Assembly (NCBI GenBank): GCA_039545335.1
Contig: BCIN01000009.1
Span: 186,001 to 250,000 of the forward strand
Length of the DNA: 64,000 bases
DNA from: Kondoa subrosea
Taxonomy: Eukaryota
Reading direction: 5' to 3'
Below, in pieces: positions 12,943 to 24,200 of this stretch (the first letter of the stretch is position 1; each line of letters opens with the position of its first letter). The notes beneath the pieces are model-generated. The model saw only the letters and a list, made by a program, of their open reading frames with translations. It was not told the DNA's origin and ran no database searches. The translations under genes and the position numbers were made by a program.

Positions 12943-14763
12943 TTAACTGTTGCTGCTACGCTTGAATTCCATCCGCTGCAGAAAGAAGCCTTTCCGAAAC
13001 GAATAGTCCGTCGCTAGGCGGCTAACCAGATCTCTGTCTTCTTTGTTGGCCTTATGTGGTGCAACGGTCAACGCTCTATCCAAGACCGCGAGTCGGCCTC
13101 CCTCCAGGACATCCACAACGAAGCGGAGTTTAGCTATCTGAAAAGGGGGGAAGAATCGGCATAAGTATGAAATCTGATTGAATGCAGGGATGCTGTCAAC
13201 ACACGGCGGCACTGGAGGAAACAGGCTAAGCTTTGTATGGTCTCGCAGGTCAGCTCATGGACATACAAATCGTCCAACAAATCCAGTGCATGCTTTGGTG
13301 CGCCTTTTCGAAAGCGCTCCAGAACTTGAATGCTTAAATTTGCAGCATGGTACATAAATCCCAAAGCCGACAAGGTGGCAGGTTTCGCATTCTTGGGTGA
13401 AACGAATCCACGCACATGAGGTAGAGTAGAAAAGGTCGGTAAAGATTCCTTGTTGACAGTAAACCATAAAGCTCGACGGCGAATGCGCTTAACGTCACGA
13501 CCAAGCGAACAATCCACTTCGGTTAAACCGAATGCTTGGACAAAGTCAATGATGCTAAAGAAGTAACTGTCAAGGTCGTCTTAGCTCACAATTCCAAAAG
13601 CCGAACAGAGCGGAGACAAACTTGAGATCCCAATGTAAGTCCACCCTGTGGTCTCCTATGAGTTCCGAGACCAATTGAAAGCATGCAATAGGCTTGGAAG
13701 GATTTGCAGCGAGCTTTCGAGCAAGTCTAACTTTGTCGGGATCCAAACCATATTCCGTTGCCCTAGCATCTGAACAGTTCATTGTCCGCTCGGGTAAAAT
13801 CATTTTGGCATTTAAGCGACAGATCAAGGTGGAACAAATGCCATCTTGCTCTCTGCCACCTAATACGTAGTGACGAAATTTGGCAACCTGAAGAGTGAGG
13901 GGTTGTTTAAGTAGCTGGCATATAAACAGCACACAAATATACTAACCTCTGTAAAGGATCTCAGCAAGAATTGCTGATCACGCGTAGCTTCGTTTCGAAA
14001 ATAAGCCAAATGCTCAAAGTCGAGCCCATACCTTCCGTACAGCATTTTCAATGCCTCCAACATCTCAATGGAGTCTTTTTTGCCACTACGTAAACGAAGA
14101 TGGTCTAAAGAAGGCAGTCGAGCAGGGTACTCGAGTAGATCCGAACGAGATTTGGTATTCATCTTCAGCAATCAGGTAGGTAAGATTGGCCAATTAGATC
14201 TGATATATCAATTGAGCTGCCATAGCTTCGAAAGAATGGCAGCTCACGATAGTGCAAAAGATTGCGCAAAGTCCAAAATGGCTAAAAGGTATCTGAACAG
14301 AAAATCAAAGTCGTTTTTGCTGACAGAAGTAATGAGACTAACTTCCAATTCCAATTCAATGTTACCGCAGTTGCCGGGCGATTCTTCGGATGCAGCAGTT
14401 CGTCAGAAATGCGCCTTCGTTTGGCTGGTCTTTCGGCTAATTGACGGGATGATCTTCTGCTAGACGACTCTTGCTTCGATTGACTACCGTAATGCTGAGA
14501 CTCTCCGTCACTACGTTTCGAGGCAGATGGACTCTTCAACACAGAGTCAACACTTGAGACAGAAATAGCGACTTGGAGCTTCGCGGGGCTCGTGATAGCA
14601 GAGGCGTTTGATAGAGTTTGTACAGTAGCTATAGGCCAAGTAAACAGGCATTTGTGATATCTAGGGCAGTCATACGGAAATTATGTAATGCATCTCGGAG
14701 CAGTTTCGCTCGTGCAGCATCATGACTAATGTCATTCAGGCCATAGAAGATGTCCATATTCAT
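12943..14763 (-). pseudogene. Unknown duplicated-domain family, copy 1; in-frame TGA at 14172-14174
   Basis: Exons align with the copies at 43695 and 45624 (MDIFY..., WNWK|YLLAILDFAQSF, ARKLAANPSKP, FRKGAP, |IAKLR). LPT*LLK corresponds to LPKWLLK and LPSWLLD in the paralogs. Confidence 0.75.
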
Positions 14764-15802
14764 CTCGAGGGTATCGAGAGGCTCTGGGTATATCGAATTC
14801 GATGGTATCGCTGTTAAAGAAAAACGCCTTGAGCACACCAGTTGGCAATTGCGAATGCATAGATTCGTCGGAAGGCAGCAGCTACAAAGTTGCTATTGAC
14901 ACCAGTGAGCTTACTCCCTTCCGTGCGAAAGTCAAAAGTCACGTGACCGATATTTCATCTCCTTGCGATTTCAACTCGGACAGCTTTTCTGTCAGCAGCC
15001 GCCTTGCCTCACACGCTTGGCCGACTGTCCAAAACACAGGCTCAATAACTCTCTGTGTGATCCTGCAGAGAAGTTGACGCTCGGGGAAGCTACCAGGGGG
15101 TTTCTTTTTTTCGCAAATTTGCAAGCGAAGTACCTGTAGCCAGCTCGCCTCCTTTCAAGCGCCAGCCATTGAGTTTTCAGGGAGTAGGAGGATTTTTCCG
15201 TCTCTTCTGACTCCTTTTGAGTGAGTCTTCACCGCTTTCCATTGTCTTTCGTAAAAGGCTGATCTGCTGTTAAAGCCAACTCGCGTAGCTCGCCTTTACC
15301 GTAGCAACATATCGGCAGACCTTAATTTGGTACTTGCTATCAAGAAACGCCCTATTAAAAGACTTCAGGACCAGCACTCCTGTTGTCACATTCCGGAATT
15401 TGGATTGACTCGTCACTCGCTCTCGGCTTTCCGCACATCAAGCGATCCTTTTCCACTTAGACTGCCACGACCTCAGTTATCCATTTTCAACGCTTCTTAG
15501 ACCAATCTTTCGCTAGAATTCAGGTTAACCAATTTCTGACCGTTTCCACTTTCGACTCTTCCGTCTTCCTTTGTCGCGTCAAGTAATAGCAACAACCAGT
15601 TCCAGACAGAGAATTTGATTGGATCAGTCCACCTTCAATCCAGGATCGCTCCGTCACCCACAAAATCGCCTGCACAACGAAGAAGTCAGCTCCATCGCTT
15701 TTTTCGCAGGACAAAACTCTACATTTCCGTACCGGTATCTTCGATCTAGACTTCCAGCGAGGTCTTGCTTCGAACGAATCCAGTAGGGAAATCTCAAATC
15801 GC

Positions 15803-17397
15803 ATGAACACAAGAGGCGACTCGCCCTATTCGGGCAACTTCTACCCTCAGCAACAGCAACAGATGTACGCTCAGCAGTACTATCAGCCTGCTGTCTGGCA
15901 ACCGGTCTATCAACCTGTTGGTTTTTACAACAGCGTTTTTGCTGTAGCTAATATTGGCTTGCCAAAGTTGATGATGCATCCTTATGCTATGCAACAACCT
16001 GCTCGACATGGCTACGCTCCTTCGCCTTCTTGTCCCAGCCTGTATTCGTTGCAGCAATCAAAATCTTCCTCTTTTGCCCACACTCAAAACAAGTTGATCC
16101 CGTCTCAGATTGCCACCGCTCGAGAAACGGCTCCTGATTATCGCCAACATCACGTCTTGCAGCCTCCCTTTCAACATCAACAAATGCAGCGCCAAGCAGA
16201 GACTTGGTCTGGCTACAATTCGTTCTCAGCTCCGCAACAGTATGGAAGTCAGCAATCAATCAAGCGCTACCCTCAGCAACAGCAACAATACGTTGACGAA
16301 AATGATCCTTACTCTCTTCGACCCGCTTCTACTCAAGCTTCTTATAACGCTTCTCAGCCGCAAGTTGACTATCAAGATCCTCCTTTCGATCCACTCAAGG
16401 ACTTGAAGTTGATTCCAGCTTCGGCTTCAAAGATTCCACCTCATCCTTCTGTCGAAAATTCTGGTGTCCCCCTATCCGAATTTGCGGTCGAACTGGTTTG
16501 GGAGATCTGCGCGACTGCCAAAGAACAAGCTCTGACAATGAGAGATAACCGTCATTCAGTTCAATACTCGTCCGAACCATCAACACCAGGTCAGTATGGC
16601 TCGATTGGTGGCGAGCGAGCAGCTCGACGGATCAAATCCAATTCGCCTTTGTCTCTGGACGAACTCTATTTCCAAGGTCAACAATCTTATCTTTCTTCAC
16701 CTGAATCACCTCCTGGTCCTCTGACTCCACCATCGAGCACCATGTCAACGGCTTGTCCCATTCCTGTCCAATTCCAGAATGGCAAAGCGGAATTCATGCA
16801 CGCGGCTAAAGAACTTGCTCCATGGACAAGAGATCAGTACGAATCTAGATCGGCTGTCACTGCTTCTCCTGGACTACAACAACATGAAGGAGCAAGCCCA
16901 ACATTCAAAAGATTCGCAAAGGATTTGTTGACGATGACTTTGGTTACTCCTCAAGTGTTGCTCTTGGCTATGCTTTACGTGGCTAGAATACCTCAAGTGA
17001 CACAAGACAATGGTTGGAACAAGTTTTTGACCTCTGGAATTGCTTACAAGTTGCTTCTGGGTGGTTTGATTTGCGCAAACAAGGTTCGTTCAATTTCAGT
17101 CGTTCTCATATTGCGAGATTAGTGCTGATGTCCCTGTTCCGACAGCATCTCGATGACAATTCTTTCCGATGCTCCACTTGGGCTACTGTCTCTTCTTGCC
17201 CAATCGCCGACATAGCTGCTGCCGAAGCAATGGTCCTAAAAGCTTTACATTTCGATCTGAATGTGTCAAGTCAAGAATGGGCTGCATGGCTGCATTTGCT
17301 GGTCGAAAGAAGAGCACGAGAACATCCTTCAATTGAAGATGTTGTTCTGGCTCGTCTTTGCGGATTGGTCGATGAAGTTGAACAGCAAGCTTACTAG
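15803..17397 (+). CDS. Cyclin-like protein (Pho80/Pcl/Clg1 type) with Gln/Pro-rich N-terminus
   Basis: C-terminal cyclin box: VLLLAMLYVARI...LLLGGLICANK|HLDDNSFRCSTWATVS...EAMVLKALHFDLNVSSQEW. One intron at ~17083-17144. Confidence 0.85.
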
Positions 17398-17860
17398 TCG
17401 AAGCACTCAAAAGAAAGAAAGAATAGCAAGAATTCGCTCCTTTATACTTTTCGCCTCTGTTATATAGTCAAAGTCAAGAAAGAAAAGCACACAAAACACA
17501 CTCGAAAAGACGCTCATTTTATTGTCAAATGTTGTTCGACCTTCGACTTTCAGCAAATAAACCAACAAAAACAAGAACCACTATGCCCCGATCTGTTCTT
17601 TCCCTTAATTGCATCATATTGTTCACTATACAAGAATTTACAGAATCAGCTTCAAGTCTTTCTTAATGGAGGAAGGCAGACGGTTGACGCCCCAAAAAAC
17701 AATCAAGAGAAGGCGGACTTCTCTCGCAAAAAAACAAGAGTAGCTTTGTATGAGGTATTTTTATTACTTTTTTGACCTTGTACAACCGAATATAGCGGTT
17801 CTATTTCGTTCTCTTTTTGAACAATGTAGCTTCTACTGTCTCTTGCCACACTACTTTTAC

Positions 17861-18686
17861 TCAACCGTCTGCGTTGTCTAACCAACTTGTACCATTTGCT
17901 GCACGAGTTTTGGATTCGAAGTTTTGCAACCATTTTTGCAGTAAAGAGATGTCAACGTAGCTGAAGACTTCTGATTAGTCACAAGGAGATGCAAGCACTC
18001 GAAACAACTGACTTTCCGATGATCTGAGATGAGCCTTGTGCTGGCATAGCTTGAGTGAAAGAGGAAAGGTAATGAAAGAGGTTCTTTGCGATGCTTGTCG
18101 GCTAGAACGCGCATTAGTCAAATTAGCATAGCAGACACACGGAATGGCTGACCAGAGCCATTGGGTCATTACTCGATGTGCGCGATCTAACAGCGACCGC
18201 GTTCGACTGAGTTGCAGCGACAGCGGCTTCGCAAGCGGCTAGATCTTGCACGTAAATACCCAAAGTAGCTACGTTAGCCGAAGCTGCTTGACCGAACCCA
18301 GAGTTGCTCGATGCTTGCACAGCTCCTTTGAGAGCAAAAATCGCCGACGGTTTTCCGTTATGTAGCATTCCCAGTAGAAGCCATTCTTCTTTGCCAGGGA
18401 AATTGAAATGTACAGTCGCTCCGTATCCATCTGGTAAAGGACTAGAGAGAAAGCAGACGAGATGGTTGACGTGTAGAACGTCTATAGACAGAACAGGAAG
18501 TGAAAATATGAGAGTGGAAGCAGAACTACAAGCAGAAGAAGAAGAACCTTCGAGAGTAAAAGCGAAACGATCAGGCGCGACTGGCGTGGCCTATGTGCAC
18601 AACGAGTCAGATCACTTGATGCTTCGGTGCGAATCATTCACACCGACTTCAACCACAGCTCTGCCAGCGACGATGACCTGGAACAT
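17861..18686 (-). CDS. Hikeshi/OPI10 (DUF775) family protein
   Basis: Spliced MFQVIVAGRAV...DRFAFTL...VNHLVCFL...GYGATVHFNFPG..WLLLGMLHNGKPSAIF...LGIYVQ...LLQKWLQNFESK. Confidence 0.88.
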
Positions 18687-19456
18687 CGCAACGCTTCTTA
18701 TTCGGCTTCTGACGTATGAATGATAGCGATTGATCTAGTTTGACTTGAGACAAGAGAAGTCTCTGTCGACCTCAGAAGGTTAGGTAAGGTTCGTTCCTTC
18801 TGCAAAATCTGAGCACGCTAAAGGGCTGCGCCTTCCTCAGCGTAAACAACTGGCCCGTCCGCTAATCTTATAGCGTTGTTGCTTGACAACCACTTAAATT
18901 AAGCATATATCAAGGTTTTGCCTTCAACCTTCTTGTCTTAGATGCATCTTACGTCTTTGTATCTTATAGCGACGTGCTCATTAGGAACCCTTCTGACACG
19001 TCCAAAAGGGAAACAATCCAAGACAACCGTGTGATCTTAGCGCCCTGCCCTTCAGGAACACGGCGGCACATACGCAAATCGTACTAGATACCTTATATTT
19101 TCTCTACTCGATCACTTTGCCGGATTTCAGGTGAGTGTCTATCTCAGAGCTGTATCCCTAAATCTGCTTAATTTTAACACTGCAACACAGCCCGTATTGG
19201 GTGCACTGCGAGATTAACTTGTCTTTTTTCCGACAAGATTTGCTGTGCTGTAATCGACAATTCCGCTTGCGCCATACAATCGAACAGCATTTGGGCTGGG
19301 CTGGGCTTTCTATAAAGTACAGCACGACCGTCTATCCGGTACAGCACAAGTCGTCTTTTTCTCCCCTACTGCCCAATAAATGCAACAGGACATTTCGGCT
19401 ATTGCGCTTCTACATCTTCCTGCACATCTTCAACTGTCTTTTGAAAGACTTCAGTG

Positions 19457-20997
19457 ATGCCTGTAGAACCAACTTGGTTCGGTTGTGTGTCAGTTGAAAC
19501 GCTCGACTTCCGAAAGGTCTCATGATTGATAACATTTTCTGTCTATAGCTCATCGCCCCGGGATACCTACATTCTACTTGAAGCATGTCGTCAAGGGATT
19601 CTACCCAAAGTAACGCGTCGGCTGACTGAGTAAGTCGTTTTCATGTGACTCGTCCGTCGTTACCCGCCCTCCGAAATTAAAGTTTGTCATTGTTTCTTTG
19701 CTCAGCATGGAACGTATCCGGCTCATTCAACCTGGTGCTTGTTTCGTATGGGAAGAAGCTGAAGCAGGTATTAAGAGGTGATTAGCTCTTTCTGCGCTTG
19801 TCGATTCGCACTCTGATCACTCTGGGCAGGTGGACTGATAGTTTTAAATGGAGTCGTGAGCTATATTTGTGGTACACGTCGTCTTTTCGCTGACTCGGTC
19901 ATAGCCTCACGAGTCTCCGGAGCTTTCCTCATATACAGCGAGTTGCCAAAGTAAGCTGTACCATCATATGACCTGGATCTTGCTTTCTGACACTTTGTTC
20001 TAGTGAAGGACAGCCCGGATCAGGTCTGTACAAGCAATCTTTCAGCTCGCATACCAAAGATGGAGGCAAGCTGCATCTCATTGTAAATTTCCAGCTGCAA
20101 TCTGCATCGGAGGAATGCTTACCAGGGCGGCAGGCATACTATGACAAGAAGTCATTGGACGCTGGTTCTCTACCTCAAGTCTCTGATGACCCTCGCTTGC
20201 AAAATATACAAATCCCGGAAGGCGTCTTTCCAGATCATCGAGCGACGGATATGAAGTTACCAAAACCCTCTACAAGTGCTGCTGCTTTACCGTCTGTACT
20301 ACAGAGAGGAGTGCTGCCACACAGTCAAGAAGATGCTTCTCGCCCTTCAAGCAGCTCGGGTCTCTTTGAAAGGTACAATAGTAGCGAAGAATCGTTAAGA
20401 CGAATACCTAGCGGCCCGAATCTCTCTTACCTGTCTCGAGATCAAGACATGTATGAAGTTCCCAGCAACTTTAGTGCAATCAGACGCGCTTCTTCCTCGT
20501 CGTTTTTGCCCAACTACCCACTTTATCCCTCTCCTTCCAGTCGCCGACCATCGATGCAAAGCTCGGAACCCATATATTTCAGCTCACCTTGGTCTCAAGT
20601 ACCTGTAACTGCAGCAACGAGAGCAGCAGATCAGCATTCGCACGATTCAAGCAGTAATTCTGATCGCCTACCACCCGTTGCAGCTCTTCTTGACACACCG
20701 CCATCCCTTCCTAGACATTCCTTCTCCGGGCCAACCTCAACCTTTGACAATTCCTACCCTTCTCGACATACTTCTGCCCATCCTTTTGCTGGACCAAGTT
20801 ATAGTTGGTCTCCTCAACTACCGCCGTTACCTTCTACAATCGAGAGCGTATATGCATCATTCGATAGAAGAATGAGTCAACCCGCACCAGTCTTCCGTAG
20901 GCTATCGATAGAAGAAGAATTGGCTCGATTACCTCAATCTAGATCAAGCGAAGACACAAGACAATTAGATCTACTCCAAACAAGTCTGAAACTCTAA
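19457..20997 (+). CDS. Gti1/Pac2 (WOPR) family transcriptional regulator
   Basis: Spliced MPVEPTWFGCV|SSPRDTYILLEACRQGILPKVTRRLT...IQPGACFVWEEAEAGIKR|WTDSFKWS|.SRVSGAFLIYSEL...GLYKQSFS...LHLI|AYY, followed by a low-complexity S/P-rich tail. Confidence 0.9.
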
Positions 20998-21233
20998 TAT
21001 ACAAAGATGGAAAACCAATTCGAACAAAACTTGAGCTCTCAAGCAGCCATGCTCGAAATCCTTTAATATCAGCAGTATTATTCACCTCATTGATATCTCC
21101 TATACTTCTCGAGAAAAATTGTACAGTTAATTGTTACATAGCGCATTTGATTTTTACACTTTTATGATTACTGCTGCATAGAACTATAGAGTGAAAGGAT
21201 AAAGCACGCTTTTCTCGCGAAACGACCTGATGC

Positions 21234-24200
21234 ATGCAAAACTTCAAAGTCTTGAAACGATATCGTAGAAGCCTGCTGCTCGTGTTGCTTGGTGTCTCCC
21301 TGCGGTACATCTATGAACATTGGCGAGAAACAACACCGTCGAGGCAGAATTATGTCGAGCAAGTCGCGAAGGTCGAAATTGAGCAACAGCTAGACTATGC
21401 CTGGGGATCGGCTATTCATCGCTTTCAGAACCATCCTCAAGTGGTAGATAGTCGAGCCAAACCTATACCTTGGCGCAACACCTCGTTCAAGTCTTCCGCC
21501 GGTCCTTCGTCTGGAGTGATCAATGTCTGGATTGTTACGCAAGAGCTATCAGGTCTACACCAGAATGGTGGAATTGGAACAGCGTACTTGCAAATGGCTA
21601 AATCGCTCGCTGGCCAGCCGAAGCTCAAAGTCACTATACTGCTAGCTCAACACGAAGAGAACTTCGGAGCTGTCAAGAAAGCTGCTTTCTTATCAGAGTA
21701 AGATCCTATACGCTCTCCTGTCTCACCAGGCTGAAAGAGCAAGAAAAGATTGGACCAGGCTGGCATCACGCTGCACTTCTTGCCGCCTGAAACGATCTCT
21801 TTGGCTCCGGATATGTGGGCAGCAAAGACTTCTATAGTTATTTATCGTTTCTTGAAGATCCATCAACAAAATCTCGACATCGTTCACTTTCACGATAATA
21901 ATGGGTTGGCTTATTATTCCGCTTTGGCACGCTTTGAAGGCCTAGCTTTCCCTCAAACATCTTTTGTCGTTGGTCTGCATGGTCCAGAAGTGGAATGGGC
22001 TGCTATGCTCAACGGAAGATTGCCTGAAAGTGATATGGTGTTGGCTTTAGGCTATTTGGAGAAGCGGGCGACCGAATTGGCAGATGTCGTCGTCTCACCA
22101 AGTCATTATATGATATCCTACCTAACGAAAAGAGGATGGCAATTACCCAAACATCGTTTCGTCATACCAAATCTATCTGACTTGGACCTGCATACAATCA
22201 ATTTCGAGGCTGAAGATACCCAACCAGTACAAGAATTGGTATACTTTGGCCGATTGGAAGAACGCAAAGGCATTCGACTCTTCTTTGAAGCTCTAGATCT
22301 ACTGTTTGCCAAATATCCTCACGTCTCAGTACCAAAAATCACTTTGCTCGGTCGCGATCGAACGGATGCTAGATCAGGTCTAGCAGTCAGCAGTCTAGCA
22401 GAAGCAGCTTTCGAAGCTCTGCAGAGCAAGTACAATATCTCGACACATTTGGCGATGCAAACCAATCTGGGTCAACACGATGCCTTGCATTATCTTGCTG
22501 ACCCGGGTAGACTGGCAGTAATGCCTTCTTTGGCTGATAACTCACCTGGGACAGTCCTTGAATGTATCGTCCATACTATTCCTTTTCTCTCAAGCAATGT
22601 TGGCGGGACTTCGGAATTGATAGATCCTGAGGACCGAAATACTGTGCTCTTCTTACCTACTGCAAGATCCTTGGCAGAGAAATTGGCTTATGCATTGCAC
22701 GATCACAAGATATCACATTTTGCACGTCCCTCTAAAGAGGTGTTAGAAGCCGAACGAGATATGCAGGAACTACATTACTGGCTACGCTCACTTCTCTCTG
22801 CACCTGAAGCAGCTCACAGCAAGGATGAGCCTGTAGTCAGCGTCATCGTCTCACATTATCAACGACCCAATGTTTTGCGGCATCTGCTAGCTAGTCTAGC
22901 GAGACAAACCTATGCTCATTTAGAAGTCATCATTGTTGATGACGGATCAGCAAATAAGACTGTTCTCGAGAAGCTCAACATGATTGACAACGAAGTCATC
23001 CGACCTAAAAATTGGCAGCTTTTCAGAATACCTAATGTCTATTTGGGCGAAGCTAGAGATTATGGTGCTTCGGTCTCCAGAGGCGATTATATGCTCTTCC
23101 TGGACGATGATGATGTGCTCAAACCTGATTCAGTCCAAGTTCTAGTTGATGTGGCTCAAAAGACCGGTGCTCAAGCTCTATCTTCTTTTCTGGCGAAGTT
23201 TTCTGGTGCGGAAGATCCTAACGATGAGAACTCTACTGCTCTTGAGAGAAGACAAGATTATTGGTTTCTTGGTCAAGCAGTCGGTGTTGGTCTGACAAGC
23301 AATATGTTTGGCAGTGGAAACATCTTCTTGAGCCGAGAAGCTTTCGATCGTGTCGGAGGATTTTCAACTTTCCGTGACCTAGGTTCTGAAGATTGGGAAC
23401 TGTTCATGAAACTGGCGCTACACAAAATCCCGCATTACGTTGTCCCGGAAACGCTGCTCTTCGTCAGAGAAGATCCAGGTCGACATAGCATGGTCCGTTC
23501 TTGATCGCTGCGATCACCTTAGCTAAGTACATTGAGTACACAGAAATATACTATGGATCAAGACCTGTCTGCCTTCCGGGCGAATGCGCCGCTTCTCGCT
23601 GATTCGCATACACATGCCCTTGATCTTAGCAACGTGTTGCTCATGACTCGTAATTTACATCACTCTACTCATGGAACAAGTCAAGCGCTTGTCAGCTCGT
23701 TGTCAGATTTCCGTCCCAGTCAAGGTTGGAATGGTTGGTATTATTCATTTCAATGGGCAACAGACTCACTACAGCTGCGCTTGGATGATCAGAGCTCTGA
23801 AGTCATTGATGGTCGTTGGACTTTCATTGGAGCAAATTACACAAAGCCTTACATTACCGAATTGGAACAGTACCCTTACATCACCGAATCCGGTGAGGCC
23901 CTTGCAGCAGTCCGGAGCTTTAGAAATCCCAGCTATTTAGAAGGCGTTCTGCAAATAGAATATACAGCTCATCATCCTTGCGGAGACGGAACAGAACTTC
24001 GCGTCGCTTTGCAGAAAGCTGGATCCGACCTCGAAACCGAGATCATTTGGCATCAGCGCACAATAGACGATGCAGATGGCTTCTTCACTGAACAGATAAC
24101 TTTGGACGCAAATGATGTTTTGCATTTGGCTGTCTACCCACTCGAAAGCGACAGTTGCGATCTGGTTCGCTGGCAAATGCGACTCTTTGTACCTGGCGAT

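Noticed and set aside
18720..19450. rRNA-like fragment (ttaagcatat near 18899) or structured RNA upstream of the WOPR gene
   Set aside because: The match is about 10 nt and the flanks do not continue any rRNA sequence.
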